NCBI GenBank assembly: GCA_013360445.1
Contig: JABWBP010000036.1
Location: 322-64,321 of the forward strand
Source: Calditrichaceae bacterium
Lineage (GTDB): Bacteria; Calditrichota; Calditrichia; RBG-13-44-9; J075
Direction: 5' to 3'
DNA length: 64,000 bases
The position numbers and the translations under genes are program-made. The stretch's first letter is position 1; each line of letters opens with the position of its first letter. Shown here in pieces: positions 28,464 to 37,640 of this stretch. The notes under the pieces were generated by a model, which searched no databases, was not told the origin of the DNA, and saw nothing but the letters and a program-made list of their open reading frames with translations.

Positions 28464-30062
28464 TCATTCCACGCTCTCATCCACTTCCGGCGCTTTGGGT
28501 ATTTTAGGCGCTTTGGGCGGCTTCGGCGTTTTAGACGCTCGCATTTTTTTCTGTAAAAACCCCAGCCGCCCGAGGACCGGCAGTTTGCGAGCAAATTTGA
28601 ACCCCTCATCGAGAAACTCGAAGAAAATTTCATCCACGTCCTTGAAGCGCAGCAGCAGGTGCGCGCCCAACACGCTTACCAGGGAGAGCGCGGAGACCGC
28701 TATCAGCATGGGAATGGAATCATCGCTGAAATAGGGTTTGCTGAGCGTTTGCAAGAGCAGCAGCGTCCCGATCTGGATGAGTCCGTAAATCATCGCCGAT
28801 TGCTGGGCTTTCAGGAAACCGCCCAGGGTAAGGGGCAACTTCCGCATGGTGACTTGCAGCATCAACCCCAGGCTGATCACCGAGGCGGCCACCACTCCCC
28901 AGGCCACCCCGTCGATGCCCCAGGGAAGGCAGACATATACCAGCGTTCCCAATACGATGAGATACATGAAATCCCGCCGGGTATTATGGCCGATCAGTCC
29001 CTTGGCGCGCAGCACCGGCTGGAACAGCAAGGTAAAGGAGTCCAGCAGCCCGGAAAGGCACATCACCTGCAAGGGATACACGGTGGAAACCCATTTCTCC
29101 CCGTACACCACCCGGATCAGGGAGGGGGAGACGAAAAACAGCCAGATCATCAGCGGGTAACTGATGATGGAAAGGTAGGTGACCACCCGCAGCAGGCCTT
29201 TTACCACCCGCTGGTCATCATCCTGGATGCGGGAAAAACCGGAGAAGAGCACGCTGTTGATCTTGTGCACCAGCTCATGCCGGGGCAGGCTCATAATCTG
29301 AAAAGCGCGTTCGTAAAAACCCAATTGCACGGCGCCCAAAAATTTCCCCACCAGGAAAAAATCGATTTTTTTGACTGCAAAGTTGACGTAGGCTCCGGCA
29401 TAGACCCAGGCCCCGAAAGCAAACGCCTCTTTCATAGCCCACCAGCGAAAGCGCAGCCCCGGTCTCCAGGGGGTGTAGCGCCGGGCGAAATGGATCACCG
29501 CGGTTCGCTGCGCAAAACTCCCGATCAGGGTACCGAAAACCAGCGACCAAACGCCCGCGCCGGCAATGGCCAGGGCGACGGTGGAGAAAATCGTGGCGGC
29601 TTTGCCGATGGTCTGCGACATCCCTAACAACCGGAAGTTCATGTAACGCCGCAGGATGGAAGTCGGCACGCTGGCAAACGCTTTCAGGAGAAAATCGAAG
29701 GCGATGATGCGCAGGATCAGGTTCAGCTTATCATTATTGAAGAAATCGGCATAAAAAGGGGCCCCGAAAAACAGCGCCGCGCACACCAGCGCCATCAATG
29801 CCAGGTTCATGATGTAAACCGTGTCGTAATGCTCGTCTTTCACCTCTTTGAGCTGCACCAGCACGGTGCTGAACCCGAAGTTGGCCAGCCGGCGGGCAAA
29901 CTGGATGGCGATGGAGGCGATGCTCATCAACCCGAAATCTTCCGGGAAGAGCAGGCGCGCCAGAATGATAGAGCTGGCAAAGTTGAGCACGAACTCGAAC
30001 GAATCGAATAACACCGTCCAGAGGACGCCTTGCCGGGTTTTGGAGCCGATATCTTTGGACAT
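28464..30062 (-). CDS. wzx: Wzx-type polysaccharide flippase (WzxC-like)
   Basis: ILARLLFPEDFGL, D.FLVGKFLGAVQLGFYERA and YGEKW, with about 12-14 TM helices. Confidence 0.9.
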   Translation of the reverse strand: MSKDIGSKTRQGVLWTVLFDSFEFVLNFASSIILARLLFPEDFGLMSIASIAIQFARRLANFGFSTVLVQLKEVKDEHYDTVYIMNLALMALVCAALFFGAPFYADFFNNDKLNLILRIIAFDFLLKAFASVPTSILRRYMNFRLLGMSQTIGKAATIFSTVALAIAGAGVWSLVFGTLIGSFAQRTAVIHFARRYTPWRPGLRFRWWAMKEAFAFGAWVYAGAYVNFAVKKIDFFLVGKFLGAVQLGFYERAFQIMSLPRHELVHKINSVLFSGFSRIQDDDQRVVKGLLRVVTYLSIISYPLMIWLFFVSPSLIRVVYGEKWVSTVYPLQVMCLSGLLDSFTLLFQPVLRAKGLIGHNTRRDFMYLIVLGTLVYVCLPWGIDGVAWGVVAASVISLGLMLQVTMRKLPLTLGGFLKAQQSAMIYGLIQIGTLLLLQTLSKPYFSDDSIPMLIAVSALSLVSVLGAHLLLRFKDVDEIFFEFLDEGFKFARKLPVLGRLGFLQKKMRASKTPKPPKAPKIPKAPEVDESVE

Positions 30063-30140
30063 AAAAAGTGCGTTAGTGTTTGGGTGTTCGAGTGTTAAGG
30101 TGTTTTGGTGCTTTGGTGTTTCAGGATGGGGCTATTTATA

Positions 30141-30301
30141 ATGCGCGAATTACCAGTTGAAAAATATGACCAGACGCTAAGGAAGCACAAAGGAATAGAA
30201 AAAATTTGAGGATATGAACGCTAAAACCTTTGTGAAACTTCCTGCCTTAGTGTCTTTGTGGCAAATTTTCTTCGCTCTCATCCCCAACCGGTAATTGGCA
30301 T
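30141..30301. mobile_element. Degenerate MITE whose right end is interrupted by the IS66-like MITE
   Basis: Imperfect TIR ATGCGCGAATTACCAGTTG / CAACCGGTAATTGGCAT. TTATA occurs at 30136-30140 and, once the inner MITE is removed, at 30482-30486. Internal imperfect palindrome. Confidence 0.5.
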
Positions 30302-30473
30302 GTTACTATTCAGCCACAGAGACCACAGAGGTCACAGAGGAAGATTTGGGGGTATCCACCACTTCGTGGAGAGCATTTAGAGCCTTATATTCCTGTATTT
30401 GTGATTTGATTAGGAATTTTTTTATGTCTCTGTGCTCTCTGTGGCCTCTGTGGCAAAACGCCTGAATAGTGAC
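30302..30473 (+). mobile_element. IS66-like MITE, copy 2 (full length, 172 bp)
   Basis: GTTACTATTCAG...CTGAATAGTGAC with 8-bp TSD ATTGGCAT (30294-30301 and 30474-30481). Internal CACAGAG / CTCTGTG inverted arrays. Confidence 0.88.
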
Positions 30474-30509
30474 ATTGGCATTTATACTTTATACCATAAC
30501 ACTAAAACA

Positions 30510-32300
30510 CTATAACACCATTTGATTTTTCGCCAGCTTCAACAATTGATCGACCGAGCGGGTGATCTGGGCAAAGACGGATTTGAACTGCTCCAGGGTC
30601 TTCCCGTAGGGATCGGCGATCTCGATGGAACCGGCGCGCCCGGGTTGAAGCGCTCCCAGGAAAAACAGCTTCCGGCGCGCGCCGGGATAGAGTCTTTTGA
30701 CTTGCTTGTAAAGGTCAATATCCATCACAAAAATCACCCCCGCGACCGCGGCGTTTTCCGGGGTGAGCATTTTGGAGCGGTGCGCGGACATGTCCACCCC
30801 GAAGGATTCCGCCGCCGCCAGCGCCAGGCCCGGGCTGCGGCGATTTTCGCGGGGAATTAAACCAAAAGAATCTCCGGAAATGTGATTCAAATTATGTTTG
30901 GCGGAGAGGCTTTTTAAGTAGATCCCCGCGAAGGGGCTGCGGCAGATATTCCCCTTGCACACAAAGGCCACCGCGGGATTGCGGCGCAGCAGCTTAGCGA
31001 TGCGGCGCTGCCGAAGCCAGCGGCCGGGAAGGTTAAATTTGTAATCGAAGTGAATCAGCGCCCGGGAGAGTTTGTCCGCCGCGCCGCGAAGATTTTTTTT
31101 CAGATAGCTGAGCAGTTGCCTTACCCCGGGTTGGGGATCGTCCCATACAATGGTATCCCAGCGTTCCCGGAAGAGGAGAAGATTTTTGGCCTCCCCTAAC
31201 ACCGCGCGCCAGGGCAGCGCCAGGCTGAACGGATTGCTTTTATCGGCGCGAAAATTCTCTTTTAACCAGTCCAAATCGTGCACCGGGTTGCGGACGTAGA
31301 GGTTTTTCCGGTATTGCACATGCTGCGGCAGCCGGTCGTTGACCAGCATATCGAACAGCCAGGCCGGGAAATCCACTCCCGCGGCGACCGCCAGGGGCAG
31401 GGATCCCCAGAAGCGCCCGTTGATCTCCATGAACACCGCGGCGCCGGTGGATTTATCGTATTTATATTCCACCATGGCCACCCCGGTCCAGTTGAGCGCC
31501 TGCAACAGTTTCAGGGAGTGGCTCAACAGCAGCGGGTCGATCTCCACGCTCTTGCGGTAGCTGCTCCCCCCGCCTTTTTGAGGCTCGTGAACCCGCTCAT
31601 GCTGAAAGACCGCCAGCGCTTGCCCGTCTTTCATCAGGAATTCCTGCCCCACCCCAACGCCCGGGTGAAAGGTCTGGATCAGCACCGGGCAGAGCGCCAG
31701 TAAAGCGGGCAGCTTGCGCCCCAGCTCGGCGCGGTCGCGCGCCAGGGTAACGGAGAGATCGTAACGCAGGTTGTCCCGCCACACTTTGGAAGAGACCGGC
31801 TTGAGAATCAGGGGAAAGCCAAATTCTGCGATAACCCTTTCAATCCCCTCGGGGCTGTGAATCTCGGCGCTGCGGGGGCAGGGCACGCCCAGCGATTCCG
31901 CCAACTCCAGGGTTTGGCGCTTGTCGTAGGTGTAGCGGAAGCCGCGCTCGTCGGGAATGGCGAATTTAGCCAGCTTTTCCAGCCGGGCGCGATTTTGCAC
32001 GACCGGCACCAGGTATTTATCCACCGTGGGGATCACCAGGTCATACTTTTCCCGGGCAAGGTGCTCGGCCAGTTTCTCTAACCACAGCTCCGGGGTTCGC
32101 CCGGCGCCGGGGAAACGGATCACTTTGCGGGTATAACGCGAAAACTGGGCAATGGAATAGGGCTGGTCGATGCCTAAATGTACTTCGACGCCGCGCCGCC
32201 CCAGGGAACGGGTCACCGTCAGGGCGCTGCGGTCGTCAACGCCCAGGACTAAAGCTTTTTGAGAGCGCTCGGAAAAGGTTTTTTTCATCAGTAATTTCAA
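30510..32300 (-). CDS. ATP-grasp ligase fused to a C-terminal low-molecular-weight protein tyrosine phosphatase
   Basis: TRSLGRRG, DKRQT.ELA..LGVPCP, FPLILKP, MVEYK and MEINGRFWGSL, then VCKGNICRSPFA and IADPYG. The start may be ATG 32288. Confidence 0.88.
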   Translation of the reverse strand: MKLLMKKTFSERSQKALVLGVDDRSALTVTRSLGRRGVEVHLGIDQPYSIAQFSRYTRKVIRFPGAGRTPELWLEKLAEHLAREKYDLVIPTVDKYLVPVVQNRARLEKLAKFAIPDERGFRYTYDKRQTLELAESLGVPCPRSAEIHSPEGIERVIAEFGFPLILKPVSSKVWRDNLRYDLSVTLARDRAELGRKLPALLALCPVLIQTFHPGVGVGQEFLMKDGQALAVFQHERVHEPQKGGGSSYRKSVEIDPLLLSHSLKLLQALNWTGVAMVEYKYDKSTGAAVFMEINGRFWGSLPLAVAAGVDFPAWLFDMLVNDRLPQHVQYRKNLYVRNPVHDLDWLKENFRADKSNPFSLALPWRAVLGEAKNLLLFRERWDTIVWDDPQPGVRQLLSYLKKNLRGAADKLSRALIHFDYKFNLPGRWLRQRRIAKLLRRNPAVAFVCKGNICRSPFAGIYLKSLSAKHNLNHISGDSFGLIPRENRRSPGLALAAAESFGVDMSAHRSKMLTPENAAVAGVIFVMDIDLYKQVKRLYPGARRKLFFLGALQPGRAGSIEIADPYGKTLEQFKSVFAQITRSVDQLLKLAKNQMVL

Positions 32301-32397
32301 AGTCAGGCAATATGAAAAGAAGTAAAGGAGTGTTCAGGCGTTTGTGTGTTCAAGTGTTTTAGTGGTCAGATCGCTCAAACACTATAACGCCAGAACA

Positions 32398-33438
32398 CTA
32401 TAACACCAAAACACTATTAATTTTTTTGGGCGGAACGAAGTCGTACATATACATATCCCGGTAGGCCAGATCGCCTTCCAGGTAAGTGAGGTGCCAGGAG
32501 GCTCCCTCGAAACGCCCCTTAGGGTCGCGCAGCCAGAAGGGGGATTCCCGAAAAACGAAGTGCCCGTTTTGCTTTAACGCCTGCACAAAATGGGGATCGG
32601 AGGCCAGGGTGGTGATAATGCAGCACCCCTTTTGGGTGAGAAATTGCTCCAATTGGCGAAGAACCTGGCGCCAAAATCCCACCTCCTTGCCGAGGTATGA
32701 AACGTGCACGATCCTTCCGCAGACCACGCCCTCGATCTCCTGCACGTAGCACAGTGCGGTTCCCGCCGGTTTGCCGTCTTTGCGCAGGGTGAAGGGATAA
32801 GCATCCACGCCGGGAACCTTCATCAACCACTCAATATGCTCTTTTTGGGTCTCGTTCGCAACCGCCAAATCACTCCCCGGGAGAATCGGCGCATTGCCGT
32901 CGTAAGGAACCAGCGCCAACTCCCCGTTGGCAGGCAGGGGTTTGCGGAGCAGCAAGCCCCGGGAGTAGAAAGCGGTTTTAACGATTTTCCGGAGCGGGTC
33001 GTGGTTCAGCGCCTTCAGGTAGGGCAGGGGACGGGTCACTTTCAGGAAGCGGGATACCTGCAAGGGGGTTTTGAACTTCAGCAGGGGATAGATCTTCCAC
33101 ACCACTTCCGTGCCCCCGATAACGAAGGTAAAATCGCCCATTTTGAGTACTTTGGAGTAGAGCGGCAGGGCGGCCTGCTTGCCGGAGGCCTCGTCCACCA
33201 GCCATTCGATGGTGAACACGCCTTTGTAAGAAGCGCCGTTGAAGCGGTAATCGGAAATGATATAGCCGATGTGCCCGACGATTTTTTCGCCGGAAACCGC
33301 CACAAACGAGCGCAGCCGGCCATGGGAGTCCGCTAAAAGCCAACGGAATATATCCGGGTCGCGCCGGCGGGGATGCCATAATTTTGCCACCCCCTCCAGG
33401 TCGGCCGCGGTGGTTTGTCGGATTAAGATTTCTTCCAT
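32398..33438 (-). CDS. Tandem GNAT-fold acyltransferase-like protein
   Basis: IRQTTAADL..FRW..SFVAVSGEKIVGHIG..IEWLVD, a second GNAT-like half, and a C-terminal WHLTYLEGD. Confidence 0.65.
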   Translation of the reverse strand: MEEILIRQTTAADLEGVAKLWHPRRRDPDIFRWLLADSHGRLRSFVAVSGEKIVGHIGYIISDYRFNGASYKGVFTIEWLVDEASGKQAALPLYSKVLKMGDFTFVIGGTEVVWKIYPLLKFKTPLQVSRFLKVTRPLPYLKALNHDPLRKIVKTAFYSRGLLLRKPLPANGELALVPYDGNAPILPGSDLAVANETQKEHIEWLMKVPGVDAYPFTLRKDGKPAGTALCYVQEIEGVVCGRIVHVSYLGKEVGFWRQVLRQLEQFLTQKGCCIITTLASDPHFVQALKQNGHFVFRESPFWLRDPKGRFEGASWHLTYLEGDLAYRDMYMYDFVPPKKINSVLVL

Positions 33439-33460
33439 AATTCTGTTGTCGGGTTATAGT

Positions 33461-33487
33461 CCTCAAAGGTTTTTGAAACCTTTGAGG
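33461..33487. repeat. REP-like palindrome
   Basis: CCTCAAAGGTTT-ttg-AAACCTTTGAGG, a perfect 12-bp stem. Confidence 0.6.
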
Positions 33488-33549
33488 TCTTTGAGCAAAA
33501 TAAATTTTGCACTCCGGATTTACCTGCTTTCTGCTACTTCCCCCTGTCT

Positions 33550-34290
33550 TCACACCACCTGGCAGCCGTCCACCCCGATTACCTGGCCGCTTACGAAATC
33601 GCTTAGCTCCGAGGCCAGGAAGAGCGCCACGCCGGCCACGTCCGCGGGCTTCCCGATGCGCTTGAGGGCGGTGTTGTCGATCAATTTTTGGCGCTGCTCC
33701 GGCTTCAGGGCGGTGATCATGTCGGTCTCGATCAAACCCGGGGCCACCGCGTTCACGGTAATCCCGAAAGCGCCGAGCTCCTTGGCCGCGGAGGTGGTCA
33801 TCCCGATGACCCCGGCTTTGGCGCCGGCGTACACCACCTGCCCGGCGTTTCCGTAGCGCCCGATGACAGAAGATAAGTTGATTATCTTGCCCCGCTGCTG
33901 CCGGATCATCATCTTGGCGGCGCGCTGCAAGCAGTTGAAGGTGCCTTTCAGGTTTATCTCCATCAAGGCATCATAATCGGCGTCCGGGGTCATCAACAAT
34001 AGATTATCGCGTAAAATTCCGGCGTTATTCACTAAGATATCCAGGCGACCGAATTCCGCCTTGATTTGCCGGAACATGGCGTCCACTTCTTCGCGCTTGC
34101 TCACGTCCGCTTTGATGGCAACCGCGCGTACGCCGAGCTTGCGAACCTCTTCCGCCAGCTCCCGGGCTTTTCCCTCGCTCCGGTGAAAATTGAGCGCCAG
34201 GTCCGCGCCGTTTTTGGCAAATAACAGGCTGATCTCCCTTCCGATCCCCCGGCCCGCCCCGGTGATCAGGGCAACTTTATCTTTCAGCAT
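33550..34290 (-). CDS. fabG: 3-oxoacyl-ACP reductase (FabG-like SDR)
   Basis: TGAGRGIG, LVNNAG, YAGAK, VNAVAPGLIETDM and GQVIGVDG. The start was moved to ATG 34290. Confidence 0.88.
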   Translation of the reverse strand: MLKDKVALITGAGRGIGREISLLFAKNGADLALNFHRSEGKARELAEEVRKLGVRAVAIKADVSKREEVDAMFRQIKAEFGRLDILVNNAGILRDNLLLMTPDADYDALMEINLKGTFNCLQRAAKMMIRQQRGKIINLSSVIGRYGNAGQVVYAGAKAGVIGMTTSAAKELGAFGITVNAVAPGLIETDMITALKPEQRQKLIDNTALKRIGKPADVAGVALFLASELSDFVSGQVIGVDGCQVV

Positions 34291-34327
34291 GGATGTTTCC
34301 TGTGTTTTATCGGATTTGAATTTCGAA

Positions 34328-34560
34328 GTCATTATGGCTGCGCCGTCATTTCGCTGCGCTGTCATTGGGCTGCGCCGTCATTTGCTCGCCCCGCCGGGGC
34401 TGCACTGTCATTTGGCGCCATTAATAGGCTGATTCCCAATGGCATAACGCGCAAACGCAAATGACAGCGCAGCGTAATGACGCAATGACGGCGAAGCCAA
34501 ATGACAGCGCAGCATAATGACGGCGAAGCCAATTGACGCCCGGGCAAATGACCATCAATG
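34328..34560. repeat. Inverted pair of ~16-bp tandem arrays (GTCATT..GCTGCGC / GCG(A/C)AGC..AATGAC)
   Basis: The left arm (34328-34412) and right arm (34459-34560) are arrays in reverse-complementary orientation. Confidence 0.8.
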
Positions 34561-34574
34561 GCCTTACCCGCTCC

Positions 34575-35879
34575 CTATTCCGCGCCCTCGCTCATCCGCA
34601 TAGAGGTCCAGCGCACTAAACGATTGATGTAGAGAATCCCGTCCCAGGGGGTATCGTAATTGTTCATGGTTCCGATGGCGGTGCAGCGAGCCACTCCCCG
34701 GCGGGTGGCCTGCTCGCAAAAGTCGAGCGTCTTTGGGCGGTCTTTGAGGGCGATTCCCACGGTCTGGATTTTGTTAGTAATCAGGGGAAGCACGTCGAAC
34801 ACCGAATCCACCTCCTTGATGAACACGGTGCGCGACATCACCGGCTCTTCCAATTGCAGCTCGTTATTGACCAGAATGGTCCAATCGAGCGCTTCGGAAC
34901 AGATAATCTCTTTCCCGGGATCCAGCCAGTAGATGCCGCGGGCGTTCAGCACCTTGGCGTACCCGCCCACCGGCTTGGGATATTTGGGGCTGACCTGGCG
35001 AAACGCTTCCGCAAGCTCCACGGCCAGCTTCGGCAAATATCTTCCGTTGGAGCCGGCAACCGGGCGCTCGCCCCCCCGTTTCCGCTCGCAGAAAACCACC
35101 TGGGGGGAGGAGCAGGCTTCCTGCTCGAAAATGATCGCATCCATGGCCAGGCGGCGGCACAGCGCCGGGGCGACGGATTCCTCGTCCACCACGGCAAAGG
35201 AATACTTCGGGCCGAAAACGATGCTCTCGCAATGCTCTCGCTGCGGCAGCGCCAGGATGGAGCGCACCGCCTCCGCGCCGCCCCAGATCACCTTGCAGTC
35301 CGCGGCGAGGGAAAACTGGCGGTTGAGTTCCGGGTTTTCGCTGGGAAAATAGACTACCGCGATGCTTTTCAGCACCTCCGCCCCGCGCAGGACTTTACCC
35401 TGGTGCTCCGCCTGCACCCCGCCGAGCACTTTCAGAATCTTCAGCACCCCGGGCAGGGTTTCTTTGGGCACGCGCAGGATGTTGGCGTTTTTGGCGAGAA
35501 TGGATTGCACCAGGGAAAAAATCGCCAGGGTGGGCACGTTCCCGGCCACCCAGTGGCAAACCACCCCGCGCGGCTGGGCGCGCAGGGAAAGGTGGTTTTC
35601 CTTTTCCACAAAGGTATCCAGGCAGGTTTTATCGCCTAAGTTGATCTCCAGGTAGTGATTGAGATTGGAGGCGCGCAGCCAGGAGGCGAGGTAGAACACT
35701 CCCTCCTCGGAAATCACCGTGCGGGTCAGCTCCTTGCCGAAGGCGGCCAGGAATTTGACGATCAAATCCACCGGGGCGTTATACAAAACGTTCTGGTCTA
35801 ATTTTTCGACAATCGGATTAAAATTCGCAAAAGCGGATTCCGTGAATTCGCCGTTCTGTAGATAGCATTCTATGTTCAT
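34575..35879 (-). CDS. luxC: Acyl-CoA reductase (LuxC family)
   Basis: QPRGVVCHWVAGNVP, VIWGGAEAV, FGPKYSF, catalytic EQEACSSPQ and PWDG..INRLVRW. The start was moved to ATG 35879. Confidence 0.9.
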   Translation of the reverse strand: MNIECYLQNGEFTESAFANFNPIVEKLDQNVLYNAPVDLIVKFLAAFGKELTRTVISEEGVFYLASWLRASNLNHYLEINLGDKTCLDTFVEKENHLSLRAQPRGVVCHWVAGNVPTLAIFSLVQSILAKNANILRVPKETLPGVLKILKVLGGVQAEHQGKVLRGAEVLKSIAVVYFPSENPELNRQFSLAADCKVIWGGAEAVRSILALPQREHCESIVFGPKYSFAVVDEESVAPALCRRLAMDAIIFEQEACSSPQVVFCERKRGGERPVAGSNGRYLPKLAVELAEAFRQVSPKYPKPVGGYAKVLNARGIYWLDPGKEIICSEALDWTILVNNELQLEEPVMSRTVFIKEVDSVFDVLPLITNKIQTVGIALKDRPKTLDFCEQATRRGVARCTAIGTMNNYDTPWDGILYINRLVRWTSMRMSEGAE

Positions 35880-36096
35880 GGGGTTTGGGTTTGGGTTTCG
35901 AGTTTTGAGTTGTGAGTGGGTAGCGGAGCGGGGTTTTATCCCTTCGGGGCTTTCGCCAATGGTTGAATGCTGTTTTCTCAATTAATCTCTGGCAATTTCT
36001 TCGCCAGGAAACAGAGTTTCCTCCATTTGGTCAGCAAAATGCTCGTGCTCGTCACGATGCTCCGCAACGCCGCCATTTTCGAGCGGGCCAATCTTC

Positions 36097-36257
36097 GGTA
36101 GCCCCCCTTTGCAGTGTTACTGTATTTTTTTAACCGCAGAGAAGATAAGGCATTTCTTCAAAAATACATTTCCCCCCGGCGTAACTCTGCGAACTCTGCG
36201 CTCTCTGCGGTTGAAATAACCAGATGAGACCGCAGCACACTCAACAAGGGGACTATC
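36097..36257. mobile_element. MITE with imperfect ~25-bp TIR and 8-9 bp TSD
   Basis: GGTAGCCCCCCTTTGCAGTGT / ACACTCAACAAGGGGACTATC. CAATCTTC occurs at 36089-36096 and 36258-36265. Internal AACCGCAGAG...CTCTGCGGTT. Confidence 0.65.
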
Positions 36258-36277
36258 CAATCTTCAATTTTCACTCT

Positions 36278-37384
36278 TCAATTCTCCCTGAACGTGTCCC
36301 CGCAACCCCGCGCTTCGGATTTTTCTAACCGGGAGCGGAACACGAAGTATTTCCCCTTGCGCCCGCAGGGGCAATCGTCCGCGCCCAGGATTTCCCCCAC
36401 GTCTTCGGTGAGGATGGACATGCCCGGGTAGCTGTCCGGCAGCAGGTTCATGATCTCGATGTAGCCGGGCTGGCCGATGCCGTTCTCCTCCAGGGTGAGG
36501 TAGTTGCGGATTTTCACTTCCGCGAAGTTGGGCGCGTGTTTATGCCCGGCAACGCAGTCGATAAACACGATGCCGGTCTGCTCCACCATGCCGTAGTAAT
36601 CCAGCACGTTCTCCGGGCGGCTTCCTAACAAACCCGCCAGGGTCCCGGAGAAGACCTCTTTGGAGACGCTCTGGGCGCGCAGTTTTTTCCAGCCCCCGCC
36701 GTGCACCAGCACTAAGTTGGGGCAGTGAAAGCGCAGGTTCGCATCCAACAGGGCTTTGCGGAATTCCGACCAGATTACAAAGGTAAATCCCAGCGCAAAC
36801 ACCTCCTCGGCCTGGTGGCGGCGGAAAAAATCCCTCACCCGCTCCTCGTTGAACACCATCCGGCCGTCGTGGTCGTCGAAGGCGTACACCATCTCCCGGG
36901 CCAGAATGCTGAACCCGCGGATTGCCGCTCCCCGGGCCGTGATTCCCCGGGCCTCGCGGTTGCTGGCGGGGCTGTCTATAGCTAAGAAGGGGCGGCGTTT
37001 TGCGCCGAAATGGTTTTTGATGATCGCGGCCAGCGCTTTGGTCTGCCGCTGCGCCGTCAGGGGGCTGATGGGAATGCGGCTGGGGGTCTGCCCGCTGGTG
37101 GAGCTGGAGTAGAGGATGCGCTGCAACTCTCCCGGGGAGGTTTGCAAATCGAAATATTTGAACATCTGGGTGGGCAGCGGCGGCACCGCGGCCAGGGAAG
37201 GAATGCGGTCGATATCCAGCGCCAATTTATCCAGCCAGGATTTGACGTGGCGGTTGTTCCGGTAGTGGGATTTCAGTTGCTCTCTGATGACCGGCAGTAA
37301 ACGCTTCTCTTTCTCCGCATCGGTGAACTGGTATTGTGGTTCGCTGATAAGCTGGTCGATTTGCTGATCTATGTTCATGGTCAT
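36278..37384 (-). CDS. luxE: Acyl-protein synthetase (LuxE family)
   Basis: PPLPTQMFK, YSSSTSGQTPSRI, HGGGWKKL, DYYGMVEQ, SYPGMSILTEDVG, CPCGRKGKYF and EARGCGDT. Confidence 0.92.
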   Translation of the reverse strand: MTMNIDQQIDQLISEPQYQFTDAEKEKRLLPVIREQLKSHYRNNRHVKSWLDKLALDIDRIPSLAAVPPLPTQMFKYFDLQTSPGELQRILYSSSTSGQTPSRIPISPLTAQRQTKALAAIIKNHFGAKRRPFLAIDSPASNREARGITARGAAIRGFSILAREMVYAFDDHDGRMVFNEERVRDFFRRHQAEEVFALGFTFVIWSEFRKALLDANLRFHCPNLVLVHGGGWKKLRAQSVSKEVFSGTLAGLLGSRPENVLDYYGMVEQTGIVFIDCVAGHKHAPNFAEVKIRNYLTLEENGIGQPGYIEIMNLLPDSYPGMSILTEDVGEILGADDCPCGRKGKYFVFRSRLEKSEARGCGDTFREN

Positions 37385-37425
37385 CCTCTACCTGGAGTGT
37401 CAAACTTTAGTTTGACGCGGTTTGA

Positions 37426-37536
37426 CTTGGCAATGTTAAATTCCAGAAAATTTAGACAGGATGAACAGAAATGCCTTAAACAATCCTGTTTTATCCTGTC
37501 AATCCTGCCAAAAAATCCTAATTCAACATTGTCAAG
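37426..37536. mobile_element. MITE with 17-bp TIR and 4-bp TSD, nested between REP-like palindromes
   Basis: CTTGGCAATGTTAAATT / AATTCAACATTGTCAAG (15/17 match). TTGA occurs at 37422-37425 and 37537-37540. Internal GACAGGAT...ATCCTGTC. Outer hairpins at 37393-37416 and 37597-37618. Confidence 0.7.
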
Positions 37537-37640
37537 TTGATTACGGGCTGGTCTGAAGTTTTGCGCTTCTTGCTTCCGGTTTGCAGCCGGCCGCCTGCAA
37601 AACTGAAGTTTTGCTCCAAAGGAGCCGCTTCGTGGCACTC

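Noticed and set aside
34575..37384. Bioluminescence (lux) operon
   Set aside because: There is no luxA, luxB, luxD or luxG. luxC and luxE sit with ACP and fabG inside a polysaccharide locus.
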